A DNA stretch of 64,000 nucleotides, taken from Phyllobates terribilis (Eukaryota). The stretch spans positions 293,074,001 through 293,138,000 of the forward strand of contig NW_027362764.1 in NCBI RefSeq assembly GCF_046119375.1. The letters run 5' to 3'. Both the position numbers and the translations under genes were made by a program. Positions 21,557 through 32,952 of this stretch are shown in pieces. Each line of letters begins with the position of its first letter. The stretch's first letter is position 1. The notes beneath the pieces are model-generated. The model saw only the letters and a list, made by a program, of their open reading frames with translations, was not told the DNA's origin and ran no database searches.

Positions 21557-22156
21557 TGAAGAATATTTCACAAGAAAAGTGAAACAGTTTCATCATAGCT
21601 GTCTCTCGGCCAAGAAAATTGACAAACTGCATCATGTGAGTGCCATGATCGTTGGAAGAATATGAAATGAAGTCTGTCCATCCATTCAAAAGCCAAGAGG
21701 TGGACATCCAGGCAAAATATCGGAGTCAACAAGTCGGCTTATCACAAAGTCTATCAATTATGGCGTGACAAACACGGCAATGGAGGTGGTTCATATGCTT
21801 TATAATAGTGAGATCATAGACGTCCATGCAAGCACCGTGAGACATAAGTTACATAAGTCTGGAATGGTGGCCTGAGAAAAGGTGAAGAAACCTTGACTTC
21901 AACATCGTCATAAAAAGCATCGGATCGAGTTTGCAAAAAGGTACGAGAAGCGATAGAGCGATGAGACAAAAGTCAATAAACTGGCCTCTGATGAGTGCAA
22001 ACGGGACCGGAAAAAACAAGGGAAAAGGGGCTAATGGATCGATAAATTGAAGGAACTGTCAACTTCAGTGGAGGGAGCCTGATGATATAGGGTTGTTTCA
22101 CAACGAAAGTCGTTGGATACTTGACCAGGATTGATGGTGTTCTCAAAACAGAGCTA

Positions 22157-22410
22157 CAGTGGCATGTAAAAGTTTGGGCACCCCTGGTCAAAATTACTAT
22201 GTCATTGTTAATATAAACATTTCCTTTGTATTTTAGGCAAAATATATAGTCATTTTTTACAGTTTAAAAATCACAAAAAGGAAAATGGGCCGATGCAAAA
22301 GTTGGGGCACCCTTGGAGATTTGTGTGCTCAGAGAACTTTGAACAAGGTTTCAGACCTTAATTAGCCTGTTAAGGTTATGGCTTGTACACTATCAACGTT
22401 AGGAAAGGCC
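22157..22410. mobile_element. Left-end fragment of another Tc1
   Basis: TA|CAGTGGCATGTAAAAGTTTGGGCACCCCTGG terminus with an internal direct repeat AAAGTTGGGGCACCC. Confidence 0.7.
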
Positions 22411-22419
22411 TGTTCTTTG

Positions 22420-22487
22420 CAGAACTCACACTTCGCACTGACGAGGGGCTGCACTGCGAAACACAGTGTCTGCAAATTGAGGTTCTG
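22420..22487 (+). ncRNA. Extended type I hammerhead ribozyme in a retrozyme/satellite-2-like monomer (~22411-22700)
   Basis: CTGACGA (22438-22444) ... GAAACACAGTGTC (22458-22470). Stem I GCA/TGC plus distal CAGAAC/GTTCTG. Stem II is imperfect. Confidence 0.7.
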
Positions 22488-23823
22488 GCTTTTATCCTAA
22501 GTCATGTGATAAGGCTCGTTAAAGGGTCAATATTGACTTTTAGGATTGCTACTTCCTATAGGTGGCACTAGAGTTCTAGTTCTCTTCCTCTCTGAAGAGA
22601 CAATTTGCATATTTTCCAGAGGAGCATTGCGGCTTAAAAAGTCTCCTCACCTTGACATGCTTAGCATGTCACTCTCCACAAGGAGAAAAGTTACCCCTTA
22701 GATACCAATCTGATCGAAAGCATGCCCAGAAGGATTAAGGTAGTGTTGAAAGCCAAAGGTGGATTTACAAAATACTAACAAAATAATAAAAATTTAAATT
22801 TAGATTTTTAGAAGCAAAACAGTAACCATGCAGTGACATGACAAGAATCTGCATAACTAATCATATGCTAAATAGTTGCATGTCAAATTTATGTATGAGA
22901 TAGCCAAGATGACTGTCTATAAAATGATGTAGTCTCACGTTCAAAGCAGTAGTGGATGGCGAGATATGGAGCCTGAAATTCAAAAGTTCAAACCATTGTT
23001 ATCCTTTTGCTCATCACTGAATGATAGTAAAGAATGGTTTATCCTAGTAATGGACAGCTCATTTAAAATTTGAGCAGTCCTTTCTCTGGCTGTAGCAATC
23101 TTTGCTGTATCAACATTCAAAGGACAAATGAAAAGTAAATTGAGCAATTTTTTTACTTTTCACATGGACTTCCACTATACATAGGGAGTCCCAGGATTCT
23201 TCTTAGTCTATCAGCTGAAATCAGGCATCTCCGTGGTCTGGTGAGTCCCAAGAAGAAAAAGTTTGGGATTTGGTATGGACAGGTATGCTGTTCTGCCTGC
23301 TATCAACAGAAACCTTAGGGTACGTGCCTACAATCAGGAATAGTAGCGTTTTGAACGTAGTGTATTTTCGCTGCTTCCAAAATGCTACATTCTACATTAC
23401 AAGCACAGTGGAAGGGATCTATAGAAATCCAATGCCCATTGTGCTTCTTTTTAATGTTGCGAAAAATTGCCTGTGGTGCAGGTTTGCGAGCCGTAGCATG
23501 TAAATTTCTGTAGCGGAGACGCTTTTCTCCAGTGCATATTTTCCCCAATAGACTGTCATTAGATGCGGTAAATCAGTGTAGTTCAAAAAAACATGCGTTT
23601 AATGTAGAATGCAGCGCTTTGGACGCAGTGAAAATACGCCACTATTCCTGACCGTAACCCATACATACATTTTAGATGAAAGATAATAAATAAAAAAAAG
23701 TTCAAACCAAATAATATGCTACAACATTTAATAGAGTGCTTGACACACTATTATGGGGGATGTATAGACCACACTGCTATAGGCATATGTGTGGCTGCCA
23801 CATAGAGGATATATGCATATTAA

Positions 23824-25905
23824 CCACTTAAAAGCCCAAAGCGTACTAATACGTACCTGTGCCCTGGGACTTAAGAGCCAGGTACGTATTAGTACGCCTT
23901 TGCAATTTCGCCCGCACACAGGCTGCGGGGGGCGAGATCTCTGCCGGATGTCAGCTGATTGCTACAGCTGACACCCGGTTCTATGTGCTGGGAGCTCCCG
24001 GCACATTAACCCCCGCAATGCTGCGATCGAAGTATTGCGGTGGCAAGGGGAGGTGATCGCGATACTCACCTCTCCTGCCGGCGTCCAACGCTGTCTGCCG
24101 CGGCTTCCCGGAATTTGCCATGACGACCCGATGTCATCATGACAACATCCGGGTCAACAGACTGCAGGAAGATACTTTGGTCATGCGCAGTGCATGACCA
24201 AAGTATCTTCTGTCTCTGCAGTGCTGACAGCCTGTATAGCACAGGGATGGTGCTCCATCCCTATTCTATACAAGCTATCAGAATAAAAAAAGTGAAAGTC
24301 CCATAGTAGGACAAAGAATAAAAGTAAAAAAAGTGTTAAAAAATGAAAAAAAAAATAATTTGTAAAAATATTTAAAAAAAATAAATAAATAATCCACCAA
24401 AAATAAAAATATAATGTACCCATCAATAAATATTATTATAAAAAAAAACAATAAAGTACACATATTTGGTATCGCAGCAAACAACCTGACCTATAAAACT
24501 GTCCCACTATTTAACCCCTTTAGTGAACACGGTAAAAAAAAAAAAAAAAAAAACGAAGCAAAAAACAATGCTTTATCATCATACTGCCAAACAAAAAATG
24601 GAATAACACGCGATCAAAAAGACGAATATAAATAAAAATGGTACGGCTGAAAACGGCATCTTGTCCTGCAAAAAAAAGCCACCATACTGCTCCAACGACC
24701 GAAAAATAAAAAAGTTATAGCTCTCAGAACAAAGCGGTGCAAAAAAATAATTTTTTCGATAAAATAGTAGTAAAAGCAAAACATAGAAAAACAATATAAA
24801 TGTGGTACCGTTGTAAACGTATGTGCAATTTTTCCTGTTACCCTCATGAAAATGCAAAATTGGAGGCTGAAAAACATTTTTGTTGCAAAAATGTGAAAAT
24901 TTTATTTTTACGGCTCAATGTTCTAAATTTCTGCGAAGCACCTGGTGGTTCAAGGTGCTCACCACACATCTATATAAGTTCCCTGAGGGGTCTAGTTTCC
25001 AAAATGGTGTCACTTGTGGGGGGTTTCCACTGTTTAGGCACATCAGGGGCTCCCCAAACACAACATGGCGTCCGCTAATTATTCAAGCAAATTTTGCAAT
25101 CAAAAAGTCAAATGGTGCTCCTTCCCTTCCGAACCCTGCCGTACGCCCAAACAGTGGTTTTCTCCCACATATGGGGTATCTGCATGCTCAGGGGAAATTG
25201 CACAACAATTTTTTGGGTCCATTGTTTCCTGTTACCCCTGCGAAAATAAAAAAAATTGGGTCTAAAGTAACATTTTTGTGAAAAAAGTTAAATGTTAATT
25301 TTTTTCTTCCACATTCCAAAAATTCTTGTGAAGCACCTGAAGGGTTAATAAACTTCTTGAATGCTGTTTTGAGCACCTTGAGGGGTGCAGTTTTTAGAAT
25401 GGTGTCACTTTTGGGTATTTTCTATCATAAAGACCCCTCAAAGTGACTTCAAATGAGGTGTGGTCCCTAAAAAAATGGTTTTGTAAATTTTGTTGGAAAA
25501 ATGAGAAATCGCTGGTCAACGTTTAACCCTTATAGCTCCCTAATAAAAAAAAAAAATTTGGTTCCAAAATTGTGCTGATGTAAAGTAGACATGTGGTAAA
25601 TGTTATTTATTAACTATTTTGTGTGACATATCTCTCTGATTTAAGGGAATAAAAATTCAAATTTGGAAAATTGCAACATTTTTAAAATTTTCGCCAAATT
25701 TCCATTTTTTTCACAAATAAACGCAAATGATATGGAAGAAATTTTACCACAATCATGAAGTACAATATGTCATGAAAAAACAATCTCAGAATCAGGGGGA
25801 TCCGTTGAAGCGTTCCAGAGTAATTATCTCATAAAGTGACAGTGGTCAGAATTGTAAAAATTGGCCTCGTCATTAACGTGCAAACCACCTTGGGGGGTAA
25901 AGGGG
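23824..25905. mobile_element. Non-autonomous piggyBac-like element
   Basis: TTAA|CCACTT ... AAAGGGG|TTAA with internal repeats typical of the family; no transposase. Confidence 0.8.
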
Positions 25906-27747
25906 TTAAGGAGTTGGTGGAAAAAGGGATATTTATACCATAGTGGAATAATGCATCTTATATTTACCAATATCTAGCTTGCCTGTGTGATAATAGGGAA
26001 CAAACTTGTACTGTATTGGCAGATTCCTATTGTTATTTAAATAGGCAGGCTGAGTAATCAGGAAAAGTTTTGTGGCAGAACAGTTTAAGGGTATGTGCCC
26101 ATGATGCGTACCAGTCTGCGGCTCTGACGCTGCGGAATAGCCGCCGGCGGCTTCCTCTCTTTATGCAAATGAGTAGTGCCATTTTTTTTTCACCTGTGGA
26201 CATTCCTCAAAGATGTTAGGTCTCTGGAGAAAGCGGACCCGCAAGAAAAATTGACATGCTGCAGTCTGGAAAGACGCGCCGCATGTCAGTTTCCGCGGGT
26301 GATCCGCAGATGCCCAGATACGCATAGTGGACATGGGATTTCTACAAATCCACTATACTGTAACATCTGGCCACTGCGGGTTTGATGCTGCATAACACGC
26401 AGCGTCAAACCCGCAGTGGCTCCGAAGCGTTTGCCAATACCCTAAGGCTATGTGCATACAAAATCTTTTTGCTGAGTTATCGTAGCAGAAATTTACCAAA
26501 AACTCAAAGTATTTGAGATTTCAGATTTGGGGGAAGATTTGGAGAGTTTCCAGTAAGTTACAAAAGCTCCTAAAAACATAGTGTGCACATAGCCTAAGGT
26601 GTGTTGCACTGACAGAAAGAAGAGCTTTCTATACTTATGGCATTGTCAGCTCTTGGAATTGGACATGGCTGCAGGCTTAGATGGCGAAAGGCATCCAGCT
26701 GTCAATGGCAGATCTCAAAGTAACCCTCCAGTTTGGTTGCTGCATAATATAGTTTGGCAATTCTTTACACTGCTGGTAGAGTCACTCCAACATATGCAGC
26801 ATTGAATTCCAAAGCATGACTGCACAGTTAAATGTCTCAATTTAGTGTAATTTCTTTTTAGACTTTGTGTTGAGCAAATTAAATCCCCCTGGTCAAAAAG
26901 AATAATTTAATAACAAATGCTGGCTAGGCACACAGCTTCCAAATGTGGCAAAAGCCCACAGTGTAGTTGAGTGGTGTTCGGTTGCCTAAATGGACTAATG
27001 AAACAAGTATACAAAATGTTTTAATGTGTTTATTTGTTGTAGATTTTTTTATCTAATTTTAAACACTATTCTAACCAAGAATGCTATGTTGGTAGGTACA
27101 TTATGGAAGATGCCGCAGGAGTCTTTGGTATTTTGTGCTGTGTATGGTTGTTTAACTGGGATAATAAAACAATTATGTAAAATGTAAAACTTTTTTTTCC
27201 CGTTTATTCCCCTTCCCTTGGAAAAATATTCCATAGTCAAAAATAGCTGAGTTGCTAGATAGATACACGACTGTAAACGAACAGCATGCAGTTTTGTCGT
27301 AGAGTGTACGATTGCTAAATTGGACTACGACCCCCCCTTTTTAAAAAGAACTTGTCAAGAAAATCTAGGCAGACACACAACCTAAAAGCCAGTACCTCCA
27401 ACAGGCCACAGTATTCATGTACTATTGACCTATTAAAACAAGTGTGCAAAAAAACTGAGAATTTTTTAAAACACACATGTTTTGAGATAGACATTTGCAT
27501 TTAAGTTTTTGAAATGTTGGGAATTTTTTTTTTGTCTTTTTTTTAAATTATTAATAAATAAATAAAATTGAAAAAATAATTTTCAAAAGATGTCAGCCAC
27601 ACAAATAAGGAAGCATACTTTCTCAGACAGACAAGCCTTAATTTCAGTATTTTCCTTCAGTAGTAAAATTGGGATTGAGGGAACTTAAACCGCACTCTTT
27701 GTTTTGTATTGTGTCAAGAATGAAAAAAAAAAATCAGGTATTATTAA

Positions 27748-30200
27748 CCCCTTCACGACCTTTGACATACCTATACGTCATGGTCTGGAAGGGGTTCCCA
27801 ACCTTTGGTGTATAGGAGCTGTACCCGCGCGCGCCGCTGCTTAAATGATAGCCAAGCTCCGGCTGTCACAGCCAGGAGTGGAGCCTGCACTGCTCTGGGC
27901 CAATTAACCCCTTAAATGCCACGGTATCTGTATCGATCGCAGCATTTAGAAGGCTGGGAGAGGCTGGGGGCTCCCTCTCCCTTCTGATCGTCGCCCCAAC
28001 GATGTCATTGCAAGGGCTCGATGGTTGCCATGGCAACCCGAAGTCATAATGACGACCTCCAGGTCAGCCAGCTGCAACAAGCCTGTTAGACCATGCCAGG
28101 AGCATATTCTAAGAGGCTTCTGTCAGTGAAGCACTAACAGGTATACTGTATTGCAATGCAGGTGCATTGCCATGCATTATACCAGCTATCAAGAGTATTA
28201 GAAGTTAAAGTAAAATATTATCAATAAATACACATATTTATGTAAAAAAATGAACAAAAATAGTTATCACCGAAACGTGTGTTGGGGTGGACGTGCGCCC
28301 ACCCAGAGAATCTATTGCCCCTTTGGTCACATTCCATCAGGTATATGATACATTGATCTGCCTAATATTTGTCATCAGTTTCTTTCAGCTACTGATATAT
28401 GGGTTATGTATTGTATTAACATTACACGTGGAGCTGTAAATCAAATGGGGTGTTGCAATATGGCATAATTAGAATACTGACACATTTTGGTGTCCACAAT
28501 TTTATGTGATGTATAGGATATCTTGATTTAGTCCTGTGTGGTACGTACGTCCTTCGTGTCACGTGCATGTTTTTCTGTCACCATTTACCTGTAATTTTTA
28601 ATATTGTTTGAATAAAATTTAATGTATTAAATTAGATATTTTATGGTATTTGGGATTTTTTGATCGTTTTTCATCCTTCCGCTTGTTCATATGTGCTTTA
28701 GCGATGATGTCCCTTTGTTTGATTAAAGTCCACTAGTGCATATAAATTGGGTATTATTACTATGTACTATTTATAATGATGCACAAGTATCCGTTGAGTA
28801 GTTTATACTGTGCCTGAAAAGTAGTTCCGATTACATGTAGGGTATTGGCACACTCAGGACAGATTGCACAACAAACTGTGAGGTCCATTTTTTTCCTGTT
28901 AACCCATATAAAAATTAAAAACAACATTATAGTGGTAAAAATATATTATTTCTTCACCGCCCAATGGCATAAAATTCTGTGTGGCACTGATAGGTGTAGT
29001 TTGTAAAATGGGGTCACTTATGGAATGTATTCTACTGTTCTGGCACCTCAGGGTCTCTGCCAATGTTACATGGCTCCCTAAAAACATTTCAGCAAAATTT
29101 GAGCTTCAATATGGCGTTCCTTCCCATCTGAGCTTTTCACTGTGCCTCAAAAGTAGTTTTCGACCAAAAAGTTTGGTGTACTTAGGAGAAATTGCGTAAC
29201 AAATTGTAAGGTCCATTTTCTCCTATTACCTCTTTGGAAAATTAAAAACTTGGGGCCAAAGCACCATTTTAGTGGAAAAATTGTAATTTTCCATTGACTC
29301 AGCCCAATTTTATACAATTCTTGAAACTTGTTAAAGATGCTCATTGCACTCCTAGATGAAATCCTCAAGAGGTGTAGTTTCAAAAATGGGGTCACTTGTG
29401 GAGATTTTTACTGTTTTGGCATGTCAGGGGCTCTTCAAATGTGACATGGCATCCTCCATCTATTCCAGCCAAAATTGCAGAATTTAATTGGCGCTCCTTC
29501 ACTTCCAAGCCCTGCCATGTGCCCAAACAGTAGTTTCCCATCACATATAGGGTATTAGTGTACAGCATATTTTGGGGTCCATTTTCTCCTGTTATCCCTG
29601 TGAAAGGGAAAAATCTGGGGCTAAAGCAACATTTTTGCAGGAAAAATATATTTTTTTCATTTTCATGACTCAACGTTCTAAAGTTTTGGGAAGCACCTGT
29701 GGGTTCAAGGAGCTCACCACACCTCTAGATAAGTTTCTTAAGGGGTGCAGTTTCCAAAATGGGGTAAATTGTGGGAGGTTTCCACTGTTTAGGCACATCA
29801 GGGGCTTTGCAAATGCGACATGGCATCCGCTATCTATTCTAGCCAATTTTGCGCTCCAGAAGTCAAATGGTGCTCCTTCCCTTCTAGCCCTGCTGGGCAC
29901 CCAAACAGTAGTTTTCCCTCACATATGGGGTATCAGCATACTCAGGAGAAACTGCACAACAAATTGTATGGTCCATTTTCTCCTGTTACCCTTTTGAAAA
30001 TTCAAAATTTGGGGCTAAATCAATATTTTGATGGGAAAAGGTAAAATATTAATTTTTTCTTTCCACATTGCTTTAATTCTGTTGAAGTCCTAAACGGTTA
30101 ATAAACTTCTTGAATGTAGTTTTGAGCACTTTGAGGGGTGCATTTTTTAATATGGTGTCACTTTTGGGTAATTTCTGTCACATAGGGCCCTCAAAGCCAC
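27748..30200. mobile_element. Truncated piggyBac-like non-autonomous element with ~370-410 bp internal repeats
   Basis: TTAA|CCCCTTCACGACC left end. Repeated blocks (TTTCCAAAATGGGGT..., GGTCCATTTTCTCCTGTTACC) shared with 24900-25450. The right end was not found. Confidence 0.65.
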
Positions 30201-30597
30201 TTCAAATGGTGCAAAAGGCTGTAAAACCCTAAAATGTTTTTATCCATTTGATGTAATAGCTGATAGGCATTATGGGAAAGCCACATGACTGTGCCGGACA
30301 TGATACGAGCCCTCTCTTTAATGCCATCTTCAGCAATGTGTGAGATGGCACTGTGCATAATATTAGCGATCTGCGCAAATTCACAAATTGTACAAAAGCA
30401 TCGGGATCTGTGAAATTATTTAATTTCAACTAGAAGTTGATTCAGAGCTGAGCAATTCGACGATCATCTCTATCTGCTAACCTTTTCTGAAAACAATGTG
30501 AAATAACCTTTTTAAGTGAAATAATGTTGCTACTCTTAGCCTTGTAGTTCTAATTGGACAATTAATATTATTAAAATAAATGGATTTTTTTTTGCAG

Positions 30598-30681
30598 AAT
30601 GAGGGAAGCATAGGGAATGTCGAAAGTGATGATTATGAGGAGGTTTTCAGAACTGCACCCACCAGTGGAAACAGATGTGAG
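30598..30681 (+). CDS. Candidate host coding exon (84 bp, phase 0-0): NEGSIGNVESDDYEEVFRTAPTSGNRCE
   Basis: Acceptor TTTTTTTTTGCAG| and donor GAG|GTGAGT. Only one frame is open, the length is divisible by 3, and it lies in non-repeat DNA. Gene not recognised. Confidence 0.6.
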
Positions 30682-30998
30682 GTGAGTGTGACAAATTAGA
30701 CACACTGGAACGTTAAACTATTAGAAATAAGGAAAATATGTAAGAAAAGGCTGATTTGTGAAAAAAAATAATTCCTGACCTCATCTGAAATAGTTTTCCG
30801 AACTGTCATACACAATTGACATATATACAGTTCTGCCCCATAATGTATTTTATAAGGATTGTCTGCATGTTTTTAGCTTAAGCGTATATACGGGTGAATA
30901 GAGAGAATGTTTACAAGCGAGTACATGAAAACCCCCAAAATGTATAGACTCAATGAAATGCTCCAGTTCATAGAGGTATTTGCATTGGTGGAAATATA

Positions 30999-32616
30999 CA
31001 GTGCCTTGTGAAAGTATTTGGCCCCCTTGAACTTTTCTACCTTTTGCCACATTTCTGGCTTCAAACATAAAGATATAAAATTCTAATTTTTTGGGGAAGA
31101 ATCAACAACAAGTGGGAAACAATCGTAAAATGGAACGAAATTTATTGGATATTTTAAACTTTTTTAAAAAAATTAAAAACTGAAAAGTGAGACGTGCAAT
31201 ATTATTCGGCCCCTTTACTTTCACTCCAGAAGTTCAGTGAGGATCTCTGAATGATCCAATGTTGTCCTAAATGACTGGTAATGATAAATGGAATCCACCT
31301 GTGTGTAATCAAGTCTCCGTGTAAATGCACCTGCTCTGTGATAGTCTCAGGGTTCTGTTTCAAGTGCAGAGAGCATCATGAAGACCAAGGAACACACCAG
31401 GCAGGTCCGAGATACTGTTGTGGCGAAGTTTAAAGCCGGATTTGGATACAAAAAGATTTCCCAAGCTTTAAACATCTCAAGGAGCACTCTGCAAGCGATC
31501 ATATTGAAATGGAAGGAGTATCAGACCACTGCAAATCTACCAAGACCCGGCTGTCCCTCTAAACTTTCATCTCGAACAAGGAGAAGACTGATCAGAGATG
31601 CAGCCAAAAGGCTCATGATCACCCTGGATGAACTGCAGAGATCTACAGCTGAGGTGGGAGAGTCTGTCCATAGGACAACAATCAGTCGTACACTGCACAA
31701 ATCTGGCCTTTATGGAAGAGTGGCAAGAAGAAAGCCATTTTTCAAAGATATCCATGAAAAGTCTCGTTTGAAGTTTGCCACAAGCCACCTGGGAGACACA
31801 CCAAACATGTGGAATAAGGTGCTCTGGTCAGATGAAACCAAAATCAACTTTTTAGCCACAATTCAAAACGATATGTTTGGCATAAATGCAACACAGTTCA
31901 TCACCCTCAAAATACCATCCCCACTGTCAAACATGGTGGTGGCAGCATCATGGTTTGGGCCTGCTTTTCTTCAGCAGAGACAGGGAAGATGGTTAAAATT
32001 GATGGGATGATAGACGGAGTCAAATACAGGACCATTCCGGAAGAAAACCTGTTGGAGTCTGCAAAAGACCTGAGACTGGGACGGAGATTTATCTTCCAAC
32101 AAGACAATGATGCCAAACATAAAGCAAAATCTACAATGGAATGGTTCAAAAATAAATGTATCCAGGTGTTAGAATGGCCAAGTCAAAGTCCAGACCTGAA
32201 TCCAATTGAGAATCTGTGGAAAGAGCTGAAAACTGCTGTTCACAAACGCCCTCCATCCAACCTCACTGAGCTCGAGCTGTTTTGCAAGTAAGAATGGGCA
32301 AGAATTTCAGCCTCTCGATGTGCAAAACTGATAGAGACATACCCCAAGCGACTTGCAGCTGTAATCGCAGCAAAAGGTGGTGCTACAAAGTATTAACTTA
32401 AGGGGGCTGAATAATATTGCACACCCCACTTTTCAGTTTTTAATTTTTTTTAAAAGTTTAAAATATCCAATAAATTTCGTTCCACTTCACGATTGTGTCC
32501 CACTTGTTGTTGATTCTTCCCCCCAAAAATAGAATTTTATATCTTTATGTTTGAAGCCAGAAATGTGGCAAAAGGTAGAAAAGTTCAAGGGGGCCAAATA
32601 CTTTCACAAGGCACTG
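30999..32616 (+). mobile_element. Tc1 transposon (Tc1-B) with a disrupted transposase (31378-~32396)
   Basis: Long TIRs CAGTGCCTTGTGAAAGTATTTGGCCCCCTTGAAC, TA flanks. [31 protein letters not shown]; has a frameshift and a TAA. Confidence 0.95.
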
Positions 32617-32952
32617 TATATATATTTTCCTTTCATACTGGATAATAAATTCTCATTGAAATTTTTAAGCTGTGAAAACTGCAGTAATTGTAAATTTAAA
32701 AAATTAAATGCTCTCTAAATAAACTTTTCTAAATACAGATTTATACTGAGGCGTGCTCATTCCCCAGAAACATTGCTTCTAAGGCCACGGCCCCACTATC
32801 AGTATTTGGTCAGTATTCGGTCAGTATTTTTTCTCAGGAGAGGGAGCCAAAACCAGGAGTGGGTGATAAATGCAGAATTGGTGCACTTGTTTCTATTATA
32901 CCTTTTATCTGATTGTTCCTCACCTGGTTTATTATTTATCCATCAGTTCAGG

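Larger units (their letters stand above)
13079..23019 (+). mobile_element. Old Tc1-like element with long TIRs; outermost layer of the nest
   Basis: 13079-13196 plus 21334-21380 is the inverted partner of ~22850-23019 (CAGTGATGAGCAAAA...TTTTGCTCATCACTG). Transposase relics DETKVN (~21960) and LIESMPRRIKVVLKAKGGFTKY (~22710-22777). Confidence 0.75.

Noticed and set aside
22399-22501. Longer hairpin extending the hammerhead (TTAGGAAAGGCC / GGCTTTTATCCTAA)
   Set aside because: The left strand appears to belong to the adjacent Tc1 fragment, so the pairing is probably coincidental.
23215-23240. Possible 26-bp micro-exon (CAG|...|GTGAGT)
   Set aside because: Short, frame-shifting and unsupported beyond the splice dinucleotides.
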